Below, one piece after another: positions 42,239 to 58,522 of a stretch of DNA of 64,000 nucleotides. Every line of letters starts with the position of its first letter. Positions within the stretch are counted from its first letter, which is position 1. The notes under the pieces are model-generated. The model made no database searches, was not told where the DNA came from, and was given only the letters and a program-made list of their open reading frames with translations. This DNA comes from Octopus vulgaris (lineage: Eukaryota), in NCBI GenBank assembly GCA_951406725.2, contig OX597839.1, positions 1,984,001 to 2,048,000 on the forward strand. The letters run 5' to 3'. The position numbers and the translations under genes are program-made.

Positions 42239-44607
42239 ACTTCCAGAATAACAATGTAATCTATGAACAATATGTATAAGGTTTAAATATAGTGCTTGGC
42301 ATGGGAAACAGACATTAAGTGATGAAGATGATGATGATGATGATGATGATGATGATACGATGACGACGACGACGACGATAACTTCAGTTGTGATATTCTT
42401 TAGGGTTGTGATTTCAAAAGTGTTGATATTCCCCATACATAATAATTCTCTCTAATTTTGGCTCCAGACAAGCAATTTTCAGGAAAGGGGGAAGTTGGTT
42501 ATATCGATTACAGTGTTTGACTGAAACTTTATTTTATTGACCTTGAAAGGGTGAAAAGTAAAGCTGACCTCAGCAGGATTTGAATTCAGTGTGTAAAGAA
42601 CTGGAAGAAATGCCACTAAGCATTTTGTCCGGCATGCGAATGATTCTGCCAGCTTGCTAAATTTAATGTTTGTATTTAACCCCTTCCCCGGCGAAATTTT
42701 GAGAAAATGTTTCATTTTCAGGCAAATTTTTTTTATTCTCTCTTTTACTCTCTTTTACTTGTTTCAGTCATTTGACTGCGGCCATGCTGGAGCACCGCCT
42801 TTAGTCGAGCAAATCGACCCCGGGACTTATTCTTTGTAAGCCCAGTACTTATTCTATCGGTCTCTTTTTGCCGAACCGCTAAGTGACGGGGACGTAAACA
42901 CACCAGCATCGGTTGTCAAGCAATGCTAGGGGGACAAACAGACACACAAACATACACACATACATATATATATATATGCATATATACGACAGGCTTCTTT
43001 CAGTTTCCGTCTACCAAATCCACTCACAAGGCATTGGTTGGCCCGAGGCTATAGTAGAAGACACTTGCCCAAGATGCCACGCAGTGGGACTGAACCCGGA
43101 ACCATGTGGTTGGTAAGCAAGCTACTTACCACACAGCCACTCCTGCGCCTATTGTTATTGTTTTTTTTTTTCTAAATAGTATTTTTAATGCTGACTATAT
43201 AAATATCTTTTGTTTTTATCTATTTCCACTATTTTACTTGAAATTTTATTCCGAAGATACCATTTTCGGCAAAAACGAGATAACTCGTCTATCCATATTT
43301 TTTTTATTTATTGCTTTTTTTCTAACTTTATCATCAAAAGTAAAGGGTAATTATGCATTTATTTTACTCTCTTTTTTTTTAAGCATGTCTTCTTGAAATC
43401 TTTTATATATATATATTTATTTTTCTGAGCTTGACATCTGGGTATAATTTGTGAAAAAAATAACAGAAAAAAATGAGAAAGCCGAAAATTGGCATATAAA
43501 CTTCAACTTCTGGCTAAAATATAATAATTCATAGTCAGTAATTGATAAACCGCTTATTAATACTATTTTTTTATCATTCGAAATACTGGTGGAATGTGTC
43601 ATATAGAACAGGGTTTACTCTTAGCGTTTTTGACAAAATTTTGTATTTTAGAAGTTATTTCGTCAGAAGTTACAGAGTGACAATGGACAAATTCGTGTTT
43701 GATGAGTGCCAATACAGGAAACTCTCAGCTTTTGATTTACTCTCTAACTTCCGTCGATGATATATATATACATATTATATATATGTGTAAAAGAAATCTC
43801 ATCGCGGAATCGAATCAATGAAAGAGCCTCTATCTAGTCACTCGACATGCTAAAAAGAGCAGCCAAAGTATCCCCCTACATAAATCGCACGTCCAAAAAA
43901 TTAACAAGAACAATTTCTTAAATTTGGTAATTTAAATTGTCTTTTGTTTTTGGTTTATAAAATTGTTTTAGTTTATGAAAAACCAAATATTTTCGTGAAA
44001 TTGAAGGTACAATAATAGCCATTTTTTATTGCAAATTAGGTTACTTAAGGTGAGCCTGGTACCTGATGATTTTGGGGTCTTGTTGTTTGTAACTTTTGGT
44101 CATACATGGTGCAACCAACAAACATGGTAAAATTCCCTGCCATTAATTTGGTGTGGATGGGTAATATCAAATAATTTAATCACAACATATATTTAAATTA
44201 AACATGAAAAAAATTGAAATATTATCATCACTTATATGGAAAAATTGAAATATAATCGTTCAGTATTTTATAAGGTAAAATCTTAAATTATTAATTGACA
44301 CATTTATTAATCATAACAGCAATGCCTGGAAAATCATGCAACAAAGAATGCCAGTTCTTCTAATTTATCTCTCTTTACAGTTCTCATCTTTTAAATTTAT
44401 TGTACAAAACCGTTCAGCTAATTTGTAAGTTTGTCTAATTAGTCACTTTTTTCTGTATTTAAGGTAGTAAATTAGCCAAATTCTACTTAAATAAGTATAG
44501 TGTTATTTGTAAACTATAATAAAGTAATTTTTAATATTCAAATTTTAATTTTAGCTGCAATATTTTAAGTCAAAAGTTTCTTATTCTCTACTTTACTAGA
44601 AGTAATA

Positions 44608-44848
44608 TATTTCTTTACTGCCCACAAGGGGCTAAACATAGAGAGGACAAACAAGGACAGACAAAGGATTAAGTCGATTATATCGACCCCAGTGCGTAAC
44701 TGGTACTTAATTTATCGACCCCGAAAGGATGAAAGGCAAAGTCGACCTCGGCGGAATTTGAACTCAGAACGTAACGACAGACGACATACCGCTAAGCATT
44801 TCGCCCGGTGCGCTAACGTTTCTGCCAGCTCGCCGCCGAAATAAAATA
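44608..44848 (-). mobile_element. tRNA-like SINE family B with a 15-bp TSD
   Basis: TTACTAGAAGTAATA at 44593-44607 and 44849-44863; A-box-like TGGCAGAAACGTTAG and B-box GTTCAAATTCC. Other copies at about 6800-7130, 27165-27370, 38830-39030, 51132-52100 (cluster), 57300-57716 (-) and 61600-61832. Confidence 0.9.
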
Positions 44849-46216
44849 TTACTAGAAGTAATAGTTTGTCCTATACTTTTACAGGTGCAATAACTTGTCC
44901 TGTACTTTTCCAGGTTTATAATCTTAAGAATATTACTTTTCATGCTCGCAATTTTTCATGTAATTGAATTATTGATGTGTTTTGGCATAAATAAAACTTT
45001 GTTTTAGAGGTAATAATTTAGCTTAGTATTACGTGAGGATATGTCATGGTAGTAGGTTCGTAGTGATATTCAAGTTATAAGGGTGTAGTGCCAGTTTTGA
45101 ATATAAGAAAGATACGATTAGGAGGGTGCACATAAGTGAACAAAAATTTATACATAATATAGGACAAAAATAATCTAATAGGGAGAAGAGTATATGTATA
45201 TTTACTCATACGTGTGTAGAGGCATATTTGCACACTAGTATATATAGATACTGGAATTCTAGTTTTTGTACGATTAGGGTATACATATAAAAAAACATCG
45301 TACAAATATACACATACCGGTGCAAAGAGAGAAGAGGCACACACATATAGATATAAATACACATACATAATAAGTAGTATACATATGTGTATGTGAAACA
45401 TATATATATATATATACGCAGATACACACATTCATATTAAGATACAGGTTAGTACTTACATATTTATACGAAAACAAACAAATGAATAAATATAACATAG
45501 ATAACATATAAGATCCATACTTAGATATGCACACATGGGTGTAGACATGTAGGACCCCAAGAAGTAGTAGATGTACATACATGTGTGTATATATCAGCAG
45601 AAAAATATATGTAATTATAAGGTGTCCTGATAAGTGACATAAACCAGTAACAGTTAGAACGGGTATGATGAGAGAGGGAAGTGCAAAAGAAAAAGGGGAG
45701 AGTATAGGGAGACAATTGTTCAAATAAAATACAAATATTTGTATTTTATCTCTGTTTTATTTGTATTATATTAATTTAATTAATTCAATCATGAATTTGC
45801 ATCATTATTTTTATATCTCTGTACGAAACAATCGTCTGCAAGAATTAGACTTCTTATATATTTTAACAATTGTCCTCTCCATTTTTAAATAAATTAATGA
45901 GTTTTATGGGGCTTCTTGCCATAAATTCACCCATACATTATATACAATTATCACTTTCATATCTTCGCAAATTTACGCCTGTAAACTACCAGCAAAGTAT
46001 AAGGAATCAATATTAGAAATCTATTTTGGAAAGGCTATAGTAGAAGACACTTGCCCAAGGTGTCACGCAGTGGGACTGAACCCGAAACCATGTGGTTGGT
46101 AAGCAAGCTACTTACCACACAGCCATTCCTACACCTGTGATTATATATATATATATATATATATATATTGATTCTTATATATATATATATTGATTCTTAT
46201 ATATATATATATATAA

Positions 46217-46272
<56 letters not shown>

Positions 46273-46552
46273 CATATGGCCAGCACTTTAATGACTGAAC
46301 CAATCAATAGGTAAACGATGGTAATTCGGAGAGGACAGTAACAAACGCGACTGTGTTTAATAGCTTTCTACCCGACGATGTACCCCCACACAGCTGTCGC
46401 TGAGTCGTATGTATGTATAGAGTTATTTCAATTAAAAATTGTTATAAAATGCTACATAAATGCAGACTGGGTAATGCAAATCTGGTACCAGGTGCGGAAA
46501 CAAAGTATTATGCTATTGAAGCCTGTCGTATCCATCACCATGTTCTTAATTG

Positions 46553-46636
<84 letters not shown>

Positions 46637-47348
46637 GTGTGTGTATATATATGTATGTATATGGGTGTGTGCGTGTATATATACACACATACATGTATAC
46701 ATGTGTATGTGTATATGCGTGTGTGTATATATATATATGTATGTATATGGGTGTGTGCGTGTATATATACACACATACATGTATACATGTGTATGTGTAT
46801 ATATGTGTGTGTGTATGTGTGTGTGTGTGTGCGTGCCCAGTGGTTAGGGTAGCAGACTCGCGGTCGTAGGTTCGCGGTTTCGATTCCCAGAACGGGCGTT
46901 GTTTATTGAGCGAAAACGCCTGAAGCTCCGCGAGGCTCCGGCAGGGACTGGTGGCGAACCCTGCTGTACTCTTTCACCACAACTTCCTCTCACCCTTTGT
47001 TCCTGTTGTACCTGTATTTCGAAGAGCCAGCCATGTCACACTCTGTGTCACGCTCATTCACCCCGAGAAGTACGTTAAGGGTACACGTGTCTGTGGAGTG
47101 CTCAGCCCAGGCTGTTCCGTTGATCGGATCAACTGGAACCCTCGTCGTCGTAACCGGAGTTTCAAGACTGCCCAAAACGAAGTAACGTGTGTTTAACGGC
47201 ATTCCAGCTGTGACTATCACCACTATGGTCTTCCCATTTATAGCATATGAGTGTGATTAGAGGTTCGTTTGGCTGTTATAGGTAGCAAATCGAGCGAACT
47301 GTTGTTCTCCTAATGCACTCAGGAACGTAAATAAGATAAAAACAAATT

Positions 47349-47603
<255 letters not shown>

Positions 47604-47762
47604 AATTAACCCTCATTCCTCCTTTCACTGCTACCGCTACCGGCGCCGCCGCCCACAACCAGACACCATGAAACTAACCTTCCCGCGCCCCAACTAGTAA
47701 ACCAAACACTCAAAAAAGCTAAAATATACCAACTTTACCTTAACCACCCCACCTTTTGTAAA

Positions 47763-47986
47763 ATGTCGAGTTTGGAGTTAGATTCTGTTTCGTTTCCACC
47801 AACGAGTTATTCGAAAGAATCTAGAAACACCGAGGAAGGAAATGATAGTAGAAAAAAACCTGGCCCAAGGACCGTTTACTTACCAAACTGGGTTCGAGCC
47901 TTCGACAGCCAGACGGAATTCATACAAAACTGTACTTTACACGGAGTTCGTTATCTTTTGCTAAGTAATACTTTTATCCTCAGAAA
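47763..47986 (+). CDS. First coding exon (B) of a DEG/ENaC (ASIC/FaNaC-like) channel; alternative N-terminus or tandem paralogue
   Basis: AAAATGT start; ...QTEFIQNCTLHGVRYLLLSNTFILR has the same HG motif; ends AA|GTAAGT (phase-2 donor at 47987), the position equivalent to exon A. Confidence 0.88.
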
Positions 47987-48063
47987 GTAAGTTTTCAGAT
48001 TTTTTTTTCCACACTTTTCTGTTATCCGTCACCCGATTTCTGTCCTTCTTTCTCTCACTCCCA

Positions 48064-48144
<81 letters not shown>

Positions 48145-48537
48145 CCCTCTGTTTCTTTATTCATTATTCATCCCTATCTGCCTATTTCCCTCGGTCTCTC
48201 TCTTCAACTTTTTCCACCTTCTTTCACCTGTACCTGTTTTCTTTTCCTACCCGACTTCCTTTTTCACTGTCTATGTTTTCAATTAATTTGAAAAACAAAT
48301 AATTATATCTCTCTGCATGGGTCCATGCTTCTCTGTGATTGTGTGTGTGTGTGTGTGTGTCTTTCTCTCCCCCTCTCTCCATCTTTCTCTCGCCCTTTTT
48401 CTGTATGCGTTACACGTAACCATGCATAAATGCATGCATATACATATATACATTTATTTATAGATATACATATAAACATCTATCTATCTATGTATCTATC
48501 TATATATACATGCATATATATATACACACACACACAC

Positions 48538-48599
<62 letters not shown>

Positions 48600-48818
48600 A
48601 CAGATATATGTGTGTGTGTGTGTGTGTATGTGTGTATGTATTTACATGCACACACACACACACACATATATATTAACCAAAGTGTACAGTATTATATTCG
48701 ATTACGGCCGATTTTATCGATTGCTTTCGCATTAGGGATCCAGCAGGGTGTTAAGTAACAATCCGATTATGTAACCGTGTGCATGTACAAATGTATATAT
48801 GTGTGTATATGTGAGTGC

Positions 48819-48889
<71 letters not shown>

Positions 48890-48911
48890 ACACACACACA
48901 CATATATATAC

Positions 48912-48943
<32 letters not shown>

Positions 48944-48989
48944 ATACACACAAATATGTAAGTAGTTAAATACACACATATATATGGTA

Positions 48990-49053
<64 letters not shown>

Positions 49054-49126
49054 TGTATGTATGTATATATATGTATGCATACATGTGTATGTGTTGTATG
49101 TATGTGTGTGCGGGCGTGTGTGTGCC

Positions 49127-49178
<52 letters not shown>

Positions 49179-49204
49179 TCTATCTATCTATCTATATATA
49201 TATA

Positions 49205-49253
<49 letters not shown>

Positions 49254-49407
49254 ATAGAATTGGTAAGGCAACAAAAGAATGAAAGAGACCTCGTTATTAT
49301 GGAAATAGAGGAATTTATCTGTAATTGTAATATATAAACAATAAATTAAAGAGAACATCCAGTGAATTGGATGTTTTACACACAGGAATTATTTTCCTTG
49401 GTTTGTT

Positions 49408-49466
<59 letters not shown>

Positions 49467-50411
49467 TTATGCTTTTCGGTCCGTTATAGTTTCACTCTTG
49501 TGTCAATCCAAACGTATGACCTAAATTACAAAATAGACATTCCACACATGATCACCCATTATTATTTCAGGCATAAAATATTTACGACTATATGCTATTT
49601 AATGGTTTGTTCATTTAACTCTTATTCTTAACTAAATAGGAAGTATTTTATGTAGGATTTGGCTGCTATTTCCAGCATGTTTCGTGACAATTTCAGGCTT
49701 CTTTATTAGCCCATACTGTTTTCGTCAGCGGATCCCTAAAGTTGCCCTTAAAAATCTCTCGTATTGCAGTTTGTCGATGTAATTAACTAAGTCCCTTCCC
49801 TCGTTTCCTAACCGGATGCTTAAGTTAGGAGCAATTATAAGACATTAGTGCGACCCCGAAACGGGGTGGCTTAGTGGTTAGGGTGCTGCGTTTATGATCG
49901 TAAGATTGTGATTTCGATTCATTCCTGAACCGGTCGATGCTTTGTGTTCTTGAAAGAAACACTCCGTTTCACATTGCTCCAGTGGACTCAGCAGACAAAA
50001 TGACAGACTGGCGTCATGTCCAAGATACACACACTGGTTTCAGTCATTTGACTGTGGCCATGCTGGAACACCGCCTTTAGTCGAGCAAATCGACCCCAGA
50101 ACTTATTCTTTGTAAGCCTAGTACTTATTCTATCGGTCTCTTTTGCCAAACTGCTAAGTTACGGGGACGTAAGCACACCAGCACCGGTTGTCAAGCGATG
50201 CTGGGGGACAAACACAGACAAACACACACACACATATGTATACATATATACGACCGGCTTCTTTTAGTTTCCGTCTACCAAATCCACACACAAGGCTTTG
50301 GTCGGACCGAGGCTATAGTAGAAGACACCTGCCCAAGGTGCCACGCTGTGGGAATGAACCCGGAACTATGTGGTTGGTGAGCAAGCTACTTACCACACAG
50401 CCACTCTTGCG

Positions 50412-50788
<377 letters not shown>

Positions 50789-51131
50789 CAATATCTCTAC
50801 ACTACTTCAAACACACTCTTCGCTCTTTCAGAATCTGGGAAACTGGTCTTATGAGCCAATGGCTTTGATTTTCTTTTGTTTCCCACGAAAGTTCCGAACT
50901 GGAAGATCGTTTCAGTGTCGGACAAAATGCTTAGTGGCACTTCTTCCGGCTCTTTATATTCATAGCTCAAGTTCCACCGCGATCGACTTTGCTTTTTCAT
51001 CATTTTGCGGTCGATAAAATAAGTACCAGACTCATGTGCTGCAATCAATGAAATCGACTTAGATTCTCCCCCGTATTTCAGGTTTTGTTCCTTTGTTATA
51101 AATGATTACTATTATTACAATCAGAAAGTTA

Positions 51132-52140
51132 AGGCGGCGAGCTGGCAGAATCGTTAGCACTCCGGGTGAAATACTCCGGTATTTCGTCTGCCGTTACCTT
51201 CTGAGTTCAAATTCCGCCGAGGTCGACTTTGCCTTTCATACTTTCGAGGTCGATTAAATAAGTACCAGTTACGCACTGGGGTCGATGTAATCGACTTAAT
51301 ACCTATATCTGTCCTTGTTTGTCCCCTCTGTGTTTAGCCCCTTGTGGGTAATAAAGAAATAGAAATAGGTATTTCGTCTGCCGTTACGTTCTGAGTTCAA
51401 ATTCCGCCGAGGTCGACTTTGCATTTCATCCTTTCGAGGTCGATTAAATAAGTACCAGTTACGCACTGGGGTTGATATGATCGACTCAATCTGTTTGTCT
51501 GTCCTTGTTTGACCTCTCTGTGTTTAGCCCCTTGTGGGTAATGAAGAAATAGGTATTTTGCTCGTCGCTACGTTCTGAGTTCAAATTCTGCCGAGGTTGA
51601 CTTTGCCTTTCACCCTTTCGGGTTCGATAAATTAAGCACTGGGGTCGATGTAATCGACTAGTCTTCTCCCACCAAATGTCAGGCCTTATGCCTATAGTAG
51701 AAAAGATTATCAGAAAGTTACGGTGGCGAACTGGGAGAATCGTTGGTGCCCCGGGTAACATGCTTAGCAGTATTTCGTCCGTCTTTAAATTCTAAGTTCG
51801 AATTCCGCCGAGGTCGACTTTACGTCTCATCCCTTTCTGGGTCGATAAATTAAGTACCAGTTATGCACTGGTGTCGATGTGATCGACTAGTCCCCTCCCC
51901 CAAAATTTCAGGCCTTGTACATACAATTGAAAGATTATTACAATGAGATCAATGCGGCCAGATGGCAGAATCGTTCGCCTACCGGACGAAATGCTTAGTG
52001 GCATTTCATCCGTTTTTAAGTTCAAATTCCACTGATGTCTACTTTACCTTTTGGGGGCGGTAAAATAAATAGCAATCAAGTACTGGGGGCGATGTACTCA
52101 ACTAGACCTATTCCCCGAAATTGCTGGCCTTGTGCCAAAG
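51132..52140 (+). mobile_element. Head-to-tail cluster of 4-5 family B SINE copies or fragments
   Basis: Repeated GAGTTCAAATTCCGCCGAGGTCGACTTTGCCTTTCATCC...AAGTACCAG blocks at about 51200, 51390, 51575, 51790 and 52020. Confidence 0.85.
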
Positions 52141-52489
52141 TGGAAACCAGGGCAGCTGTTGGCAGAATTATTACAGCATCGGGAAAAATACCCTTTTTTC
52201 TTTTTTTGTTTTTCTGTTATGACCCTTTACTTTCAGGGTTCAAATCCCTTCCGGATCAATTTTACCTTTTATCCTTCCGGGGCCGATGAAATATAATACC
52301 AGTCAAGTCCTGACAGAAATTACGATGTCTAATTCCGTTTTTCCGCCCCCGACATCAGCAGCCGAAATGTCTGGTCATGTGGCCTACTTTACCAATAATT
52401 ACTGAAGCCTGTGGTGGTGGTCGTGGTGGAAACGGGGGACAAAATAATAGCGACTATGAAGGTCACGCTGATGAAGACGATGACATTCA

Positions 52490-53165
52490 TGATGACGGGG
52501 GCAATGATGATGATGATGATGATGGCGATAATGATGATGGTGATGATGAAATAGATGAGGATGTTGGTGATGAGATGATGATGATGATGATGATAATGAT
52601 GATGAAAGTGATGATGAAAGTGGCTATGATGATGATGGTGGTGGTGGTGAAGATGGTGGCAATGATGATGATGATGATGATGATGAAGTGATGACGAAAG
52701 TGGCTATGATGATGATGATGATGGTGGTGGTGAAGATGGTGGCAATGACGATTATGATGAGGATGGTGATGATGCAATAGTAGAAGGAGGCAGTGGAGGT
52801 GGGGATCATAATGCAGATCAGAATAATGTTGGAGCCGCTTGTTGTTGTTGCTGCTGCTGCTGATGGTGATGATGATGATGACGACGACGATTTTAGATGA
52901 TAATGATGCTGATGGTAATGATGATGATGATGATGACGACGACGACGATTTTAGATGATAATGATGTTGATGGTAATGGTGATGATGATGATGATGATGA
53001 TGACGACAACGACAACCATGACGACGACGGTGAGCGGTATTTGGAGAATTGTGATGCAGATGATGCTGATGCTGAAGATGAAGATGAAGACGATGGTGGT
53101 TATGATGATGGCAACAATGCTGATCATGTTGATAATGAAGGTGACGATGGGGGACGATGATAAAA

Positions 53166-53223
<58 letters not shown>

Positions 53224-53452
53224 CGACGGCGACGACGACGACGATGATGATGATGATGATGATGATGATGATAATGATGACGATGATGATGATGATGATG
53301 ACGACGACGACGACGACGACGATGATGATGATGATGATGATGACGACGATGATGATGATGATGATGATGATGATAATGATGACGATGATGATGACAATGA
53401 TGACGACAACGACGACGATGATGATGATGATGATGACGATGATGATGACAAC

Positions 53453-53526
<74 letters not shown>

Positions 53527-53542
53527 CGATGATGATGATGAT
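52490..53542. repeat. (GAT/GAC)n microsatellite block
   Basis: Direct reading. Confidence 0.95.
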
Positions 53543-53863
53543 GGAGGTGTTGGTGGCAGCAGCAGCGATAGTCAAACGGCTGGTACTAATTATGGTAATT
53601 GTTGCTGCTGCTACCGTTGTTGTTGTTGTTGTTGTTGCTTATCTCCCTGATTCAGCTTCGTTTATTCATGAAGAACGGAGAGTTGAACGTTAATCTGAGT
53701 TAAATTCTAATCGTTCCCCACTCACCGCAACGCCCTCTACGAGATTACATATCGGAGTGATATCACTGACATCTACAAATCTTACCTTGCCCCGCTCTCT
53801 TTCTTTCTTCCTCCCCATCTCTCTCTCTCTCTCAGACTCTCCATTTCTCTCTCTCTCTCTCCT

Positions 53864-53898
<35 letters not shown>

Positions 53899-54083
53899 AA
53901 ACATGTATGTGTATGCGTATTTATATATACATGCACATATATATACATATATATATATATATACATACATACATATACATACATTCACATATATACACAC
54001 GCATATATATATGTGTGCACACACGCACATATATAAATATATGAATATATATGTGTGTGTGACTATCTATGTATATGTATATG

Positions 54084-54127
<44 letters not shown>

Positions 54128-54201
54128 TACATACGCATACACACATCGTATACATATATATGTATGTATAAATATATCATATATATGTGTGTCTGTGTAA
54201 A

Positions 54202-54238
<37 letters not shown>

Positions 54239-54327
54239 GCATACATATATACATGTGCATGTATGTATGTATGTGCATATATATATATGTATTTATGTAT
54301 GTATGTATGTATGTATGTATATGTATG

Positions 54328-54440
<113 letters not shown>

Positions 54441-54874
54441 GTACATATAGGTATATCTTCTGATATCAGTAGTTGCAGCAGCAGATACGTAAACACTGAT
54501 ATCAGTGAATAGTTAACAAGGGAGTTACACTTTTGAATATTTCTTCTGAAGTTACCCACAAACTTGCTGACACTTCAGTTTGTTTTTTTGTGTTTTTCTA
54601 TCATTACTATAGCATGGCCGAATGGTTAAGAAATATCGTCCTGTCTCCACCAAATCCTGATAGCGATTCCCCTGCATGGCACTTTGGACAAATGTCTTCA
54701 ACACTAGCTTCGGATCAATTCAAACATCCTGACGGAAAATAAGTCTGAAATAAGAATAAAATTAGTTGGAAGTCTTTCGTATAATTTGTTAATGTGGAGT
54801 GAAAAAGTAGTCTTATCACACACTGAGACCGAACGGTTTTGAACAAATATTACGTAACGATTGCACGTGTTGTG

Positions 54875-54929
<55 letters not shown>

Positions 54930-55156
54930 TCACTCATTTATTAGCCACAAGGGCTCACATACAATAACATTAAGACATGCAACAACACATACAAAAACGG
55001 GATGATACAATGGGTTTTTCCCGTGTAAACAAAGCATAACAATAAAAAATTAAACAAATTAATACTCCCAATAGGAGAGGTGCTTTAAGGTCCTCGTGGA
55101 AAATACTCAGAAAAGCCACGGGTGCCTGATCAACAGGACAAGACCCCATTTTTTTT

Positions 55157-55465
55157 AAATGTGGCTAACCACTAAGGGTGGATGCTACTGTAGTTTGTAG
55201 CCCCAGGAGAACATCTCCAGCTGGCTATTGACACACTTTCTGTGCCCTGTCAGTATTTGCAAAGGGAAGCCATCCTTCCCATCGTCGACCTGACGTGATA
55301 CGCGCGGACCCGGGTTTCTGAATATTTACCCGTCATCAGCGCACGACAATCACCGGTCTTCGATGATAGGGCACAGAAAGTGTGTCAATAGCCAGCTGGA
55401 GAAGATGTTTCTCCTGGGGCTACAAGCTACAGTAGCATCCACCCTTAGTGGTTAGCCACATTTAA
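55157..55465. mobile_element. Inverted-repeat element (about 95-bp arms) enclosing a hammerhead
   Basis: AAATGTGGCTAACC...TGTGCCCTGTCA mirrored by TGATAGGGCACAG...GGTTAGCCACATTT. Confidence 0.8.
55301..55345 (-). ncRNA. Minimal type I hammerhead variant in the spacer of an inverted repeat
   Basis: Minus strand CGTGCG-CTGATGA-C-GGGTAAATATTC-A-GAAA-CCCGGG-TC-CGCGCG. Confidence 0.72.
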
Positions 55466-55534
55466 GTGGAAAATATACTTCATATTGTCGTGCAGCTACT
55501 GTTTATACCTCGTTCAGAGATTTATTATTGCTTA

Positions 55535-55617
<83 letters not shown>

Positions 55618-55849
55618 AAGTTCAGCAAAATTTAGATTCAGATGAATATGGTACTTAAGTTAAAGGCACCAGAATTTTGTATGGTATTATTCATATAAAT
55701 CAATGGGGGTGATTTTAATCAAAATAAGCAACAAGGATATCCAAGGTAGTGTTGTACAATTGTTTCATGCTACTTCATTTTATCAAACACTGTAAGTATT
55801 GCATCAGTTTTAAAATATCGAGCAATCTTCAGCCACATATAGAATTAAT

Positions 55850-55914
<65 letters not shown>

Positions 55915-56137
55915 CATTCATACATACGTTCATACATACACACACACATATATATATGGGTGGGGGTAAATGTGTTAGTTTTCTTTATTGCTTGATATTC
56001 TTCCAAAGCAAATAGGTTTATAAACTTCAGGCTCTCTTATTAAGGATGCAGTTAATTTAATTATTCGCTAATTACGCCGACACACGAAATGTTATACGAT
56101 ATCTTAATAGATGCACACAAGCTACGTAACACTAAGT

Positions 56138-56180
<43 letters not shown>

Positions 56181-56337
56181 CAATTGTATTCAGAACAGAC
56201 AATTAGTTCACAAAATAAGAAATGCTTTCCCTTGTTTCCGAAATACAACTAAATGTCTTGTTATCACTGTAATATGTTGTTACAGCTGAACGCCAATTAC
56301 ATCAGGAATTATTAACAGCAGCAGTAGCGGCAGTAGC

Positions 56338-56416
<79 letters not shown>

Positions 56417-56698
56417 ATATTGCTTGTTGTTGCTGTTATTAACAAATGTAATATTGTTTCTAAAAAAAGCGTCAGCATCATCCGGTCGGGCGATTTGCTC
56501 GGACTAATAACTTCCATCGGTCTTTCGATAGCTGAAATACTTCATCTGCGCACACCGTGACTGCGGATGATAGCAGTAGTTCGCAAACTGAACTGCTTGG
56601 TCTTCGCCATTGACAGTTTGTTTCTTCAGATACTTTTTCGACCCTCAAACTATTCTGTCAGTCAATGGCCATTATAATAATTTCTAATTCTTACACAT

Positions 56699-57110
56699 AG
56701 GCGCAGGAGTGGCTGTGTGGTAAGTAGCTTGCTAACCAACCACATGGTTCCGGGTTCAGTCCCACTGCGTGGCATCTTGGGCAAGTGTCTTCTGCTATAG
56801 CCTCGGGCCGACTAATGCCTTGTGAGTGGATTTGGTAGACGGAAACTGAAAGAAGCCTGTCGTATATATGTATATATATATAAGTGTGTGTGTATTTGTT
56901 CGTGTGTCTGTGTTTGTCCCCCTAGCATTGCTTGACAACCGATGCTGGTGTGTTTACGTCCCCGTCACTTAGTGGTTCGGCAAAAGAGACCGATAGAATA
57001 AGTACTGGGCTTACAAAGAATAAGTCCCAGGGTCGATTTGCTCGACTAAAGGCGGTGCTCCAGCATGGCCGCAGTCAAATGACTGAAACAAGTAAAAGAG
57101 AAAAGAGATA
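56699..57110 (+). mobile_element. tRNA-like SINE family A (about 410 bp, internal microsatellite, (AAAAGAG/T)n tail)
   Basis: GGCGCAGGAGTGGCTGTGTGGTAAG...GGTTCAGTCCC...GACTGAAACAAGTAAAAGAG. Other copies: 35401-35840 (+), 18543-18890 (+), 19116-19478 (-), 33590-34031 (-), 42738-43150 (-), 50037-50413 (-), 62560-62970 (-), plus fragments. Confidence 0.9.
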
Positions 57111-58522
57111 AAAGAGAAACCCAATAGTCTTGAGGGGATCGGTTAGCTTATTCCATTGACGCCAGTACTTCATTAATACTACATTTTGTCAATCCTCCAG
57201 AAGGATGAAAGACGAATTTGACTCAAGAAAGATTTGACCCCAGAGCGTAAAGGACCGGAATAAATGCCATAACACATTTTCTCCACGCTATAATGATTCT
57301 TATTTCTTTATTGCCCACAAGGGGCTAAGCATAGAGGGGACAAACAAGGACAGACAAAGGGATTAAGTCGATCATATCGACCCCAGTGCGTAACTGGTAC
57401 TTATTTTATCGAATCCGAAAGGATGAAAGGCAAAGTCGATCTCGGCGGAATCTGAACTCAGAACGTAACGGCAGACGGAATACCTATTTCTTTACTACCC
57501 ACAAGGGGCTAAACACAGAAGGGACAAACAAGGACAGACAAAGGGATTAAGTCGTTTACATCGACCCCAGTGCGTAACTGGTACTTAATTTATCGACCCC
57601 GAAAGGATGAAAGGCAAAGTCGACCTCGGCGGAATTTGAACTCAGAACGTAACGACAGACGAAATACCGCTAAGCATTTCGCCTGGCGTGCTAGCAATTC
57701 TGCCAGCCCACCGCCTAACGATTCTTCCAGCTTTCCACTTTAAATGATTGTTTCTGACCACATGACCTCCCTCGTCACTTCGGATCTCACAACTCAGCCA
57801 AACTGCACCACGATGGTAACGACATGCCAGACATCAGTGTCACTTGCAATTCCCCTAACAGTCACCCTAATGTTGCGCTGACTCATGTACTGAGTGATAC
57901 AAGGGCATGGGCGCGTGTGAATCTCACCACATCACCTTGTCTCTTGGTTTCGCCCCCTATCCTGTAAAGCGGAAAATACTCCTCTACGCCTTGCCTCCTT
58001 TAGTAGACAAAATACAGTCCTATACATCGGGATGTGTTTCATTCAATTCATCTTTAGAGGGCACACATACATCCCTTCCTGATTTACACGAGATATAAAG
58101 ACGTTCGATTGTTATTTTCCAAATAAACTCTCGGAGCAAGGAGCATTTTTTGTCATATTAGTCACCAATTTTGTTTCTGCAAATGTTGTTGTTGCTCTAA
58201 GAATCTTTAAGCAAACTGTTATTTGCGTCTGAAACGCTAACTACATTATTTTTAATTGTTCACATTAGACAGCACTCCCTAAGAATTAGACATAATTTTA
58301 TCCTAGAAGCAGAAAGATCATTAATCTCCTCCATGCCTATAATGTCATGGTTACCTACCGAGTGAACATTTTAACTACTCAGTTATGCCCGTTTAACGAC
58401 GTACTCCCTTTACACATACGCATACACACACACACACACGCACACAAACACGCGCATACACACACGTGTATATAGATGTGTTGTGTGTGTGTCTGTCTGC
58501 ATGTATGTATATAAGCTGCCAG

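Noticed and set aside
43697-43730. TTGATGA..GAAA motif inside a short inverted repeat
   Set aside because: Too many core and stem mismatches to call a ribozyme.
56622-56690. TTCTTCAG|A-TAC-TTT-TTC-GAC-CCT (YFFDPQTILSVN), faintly like the post-TM1 DEG/ENaC segment
   Set aside because: No TM1, an in-frame stop follows soon and there is no donor; probably chance.
56699-56775. tRNA genes at SINE heads
   Set aside because: Only A/B-box-like similarity; no full cloverleaf, and each continues into a SINE body.
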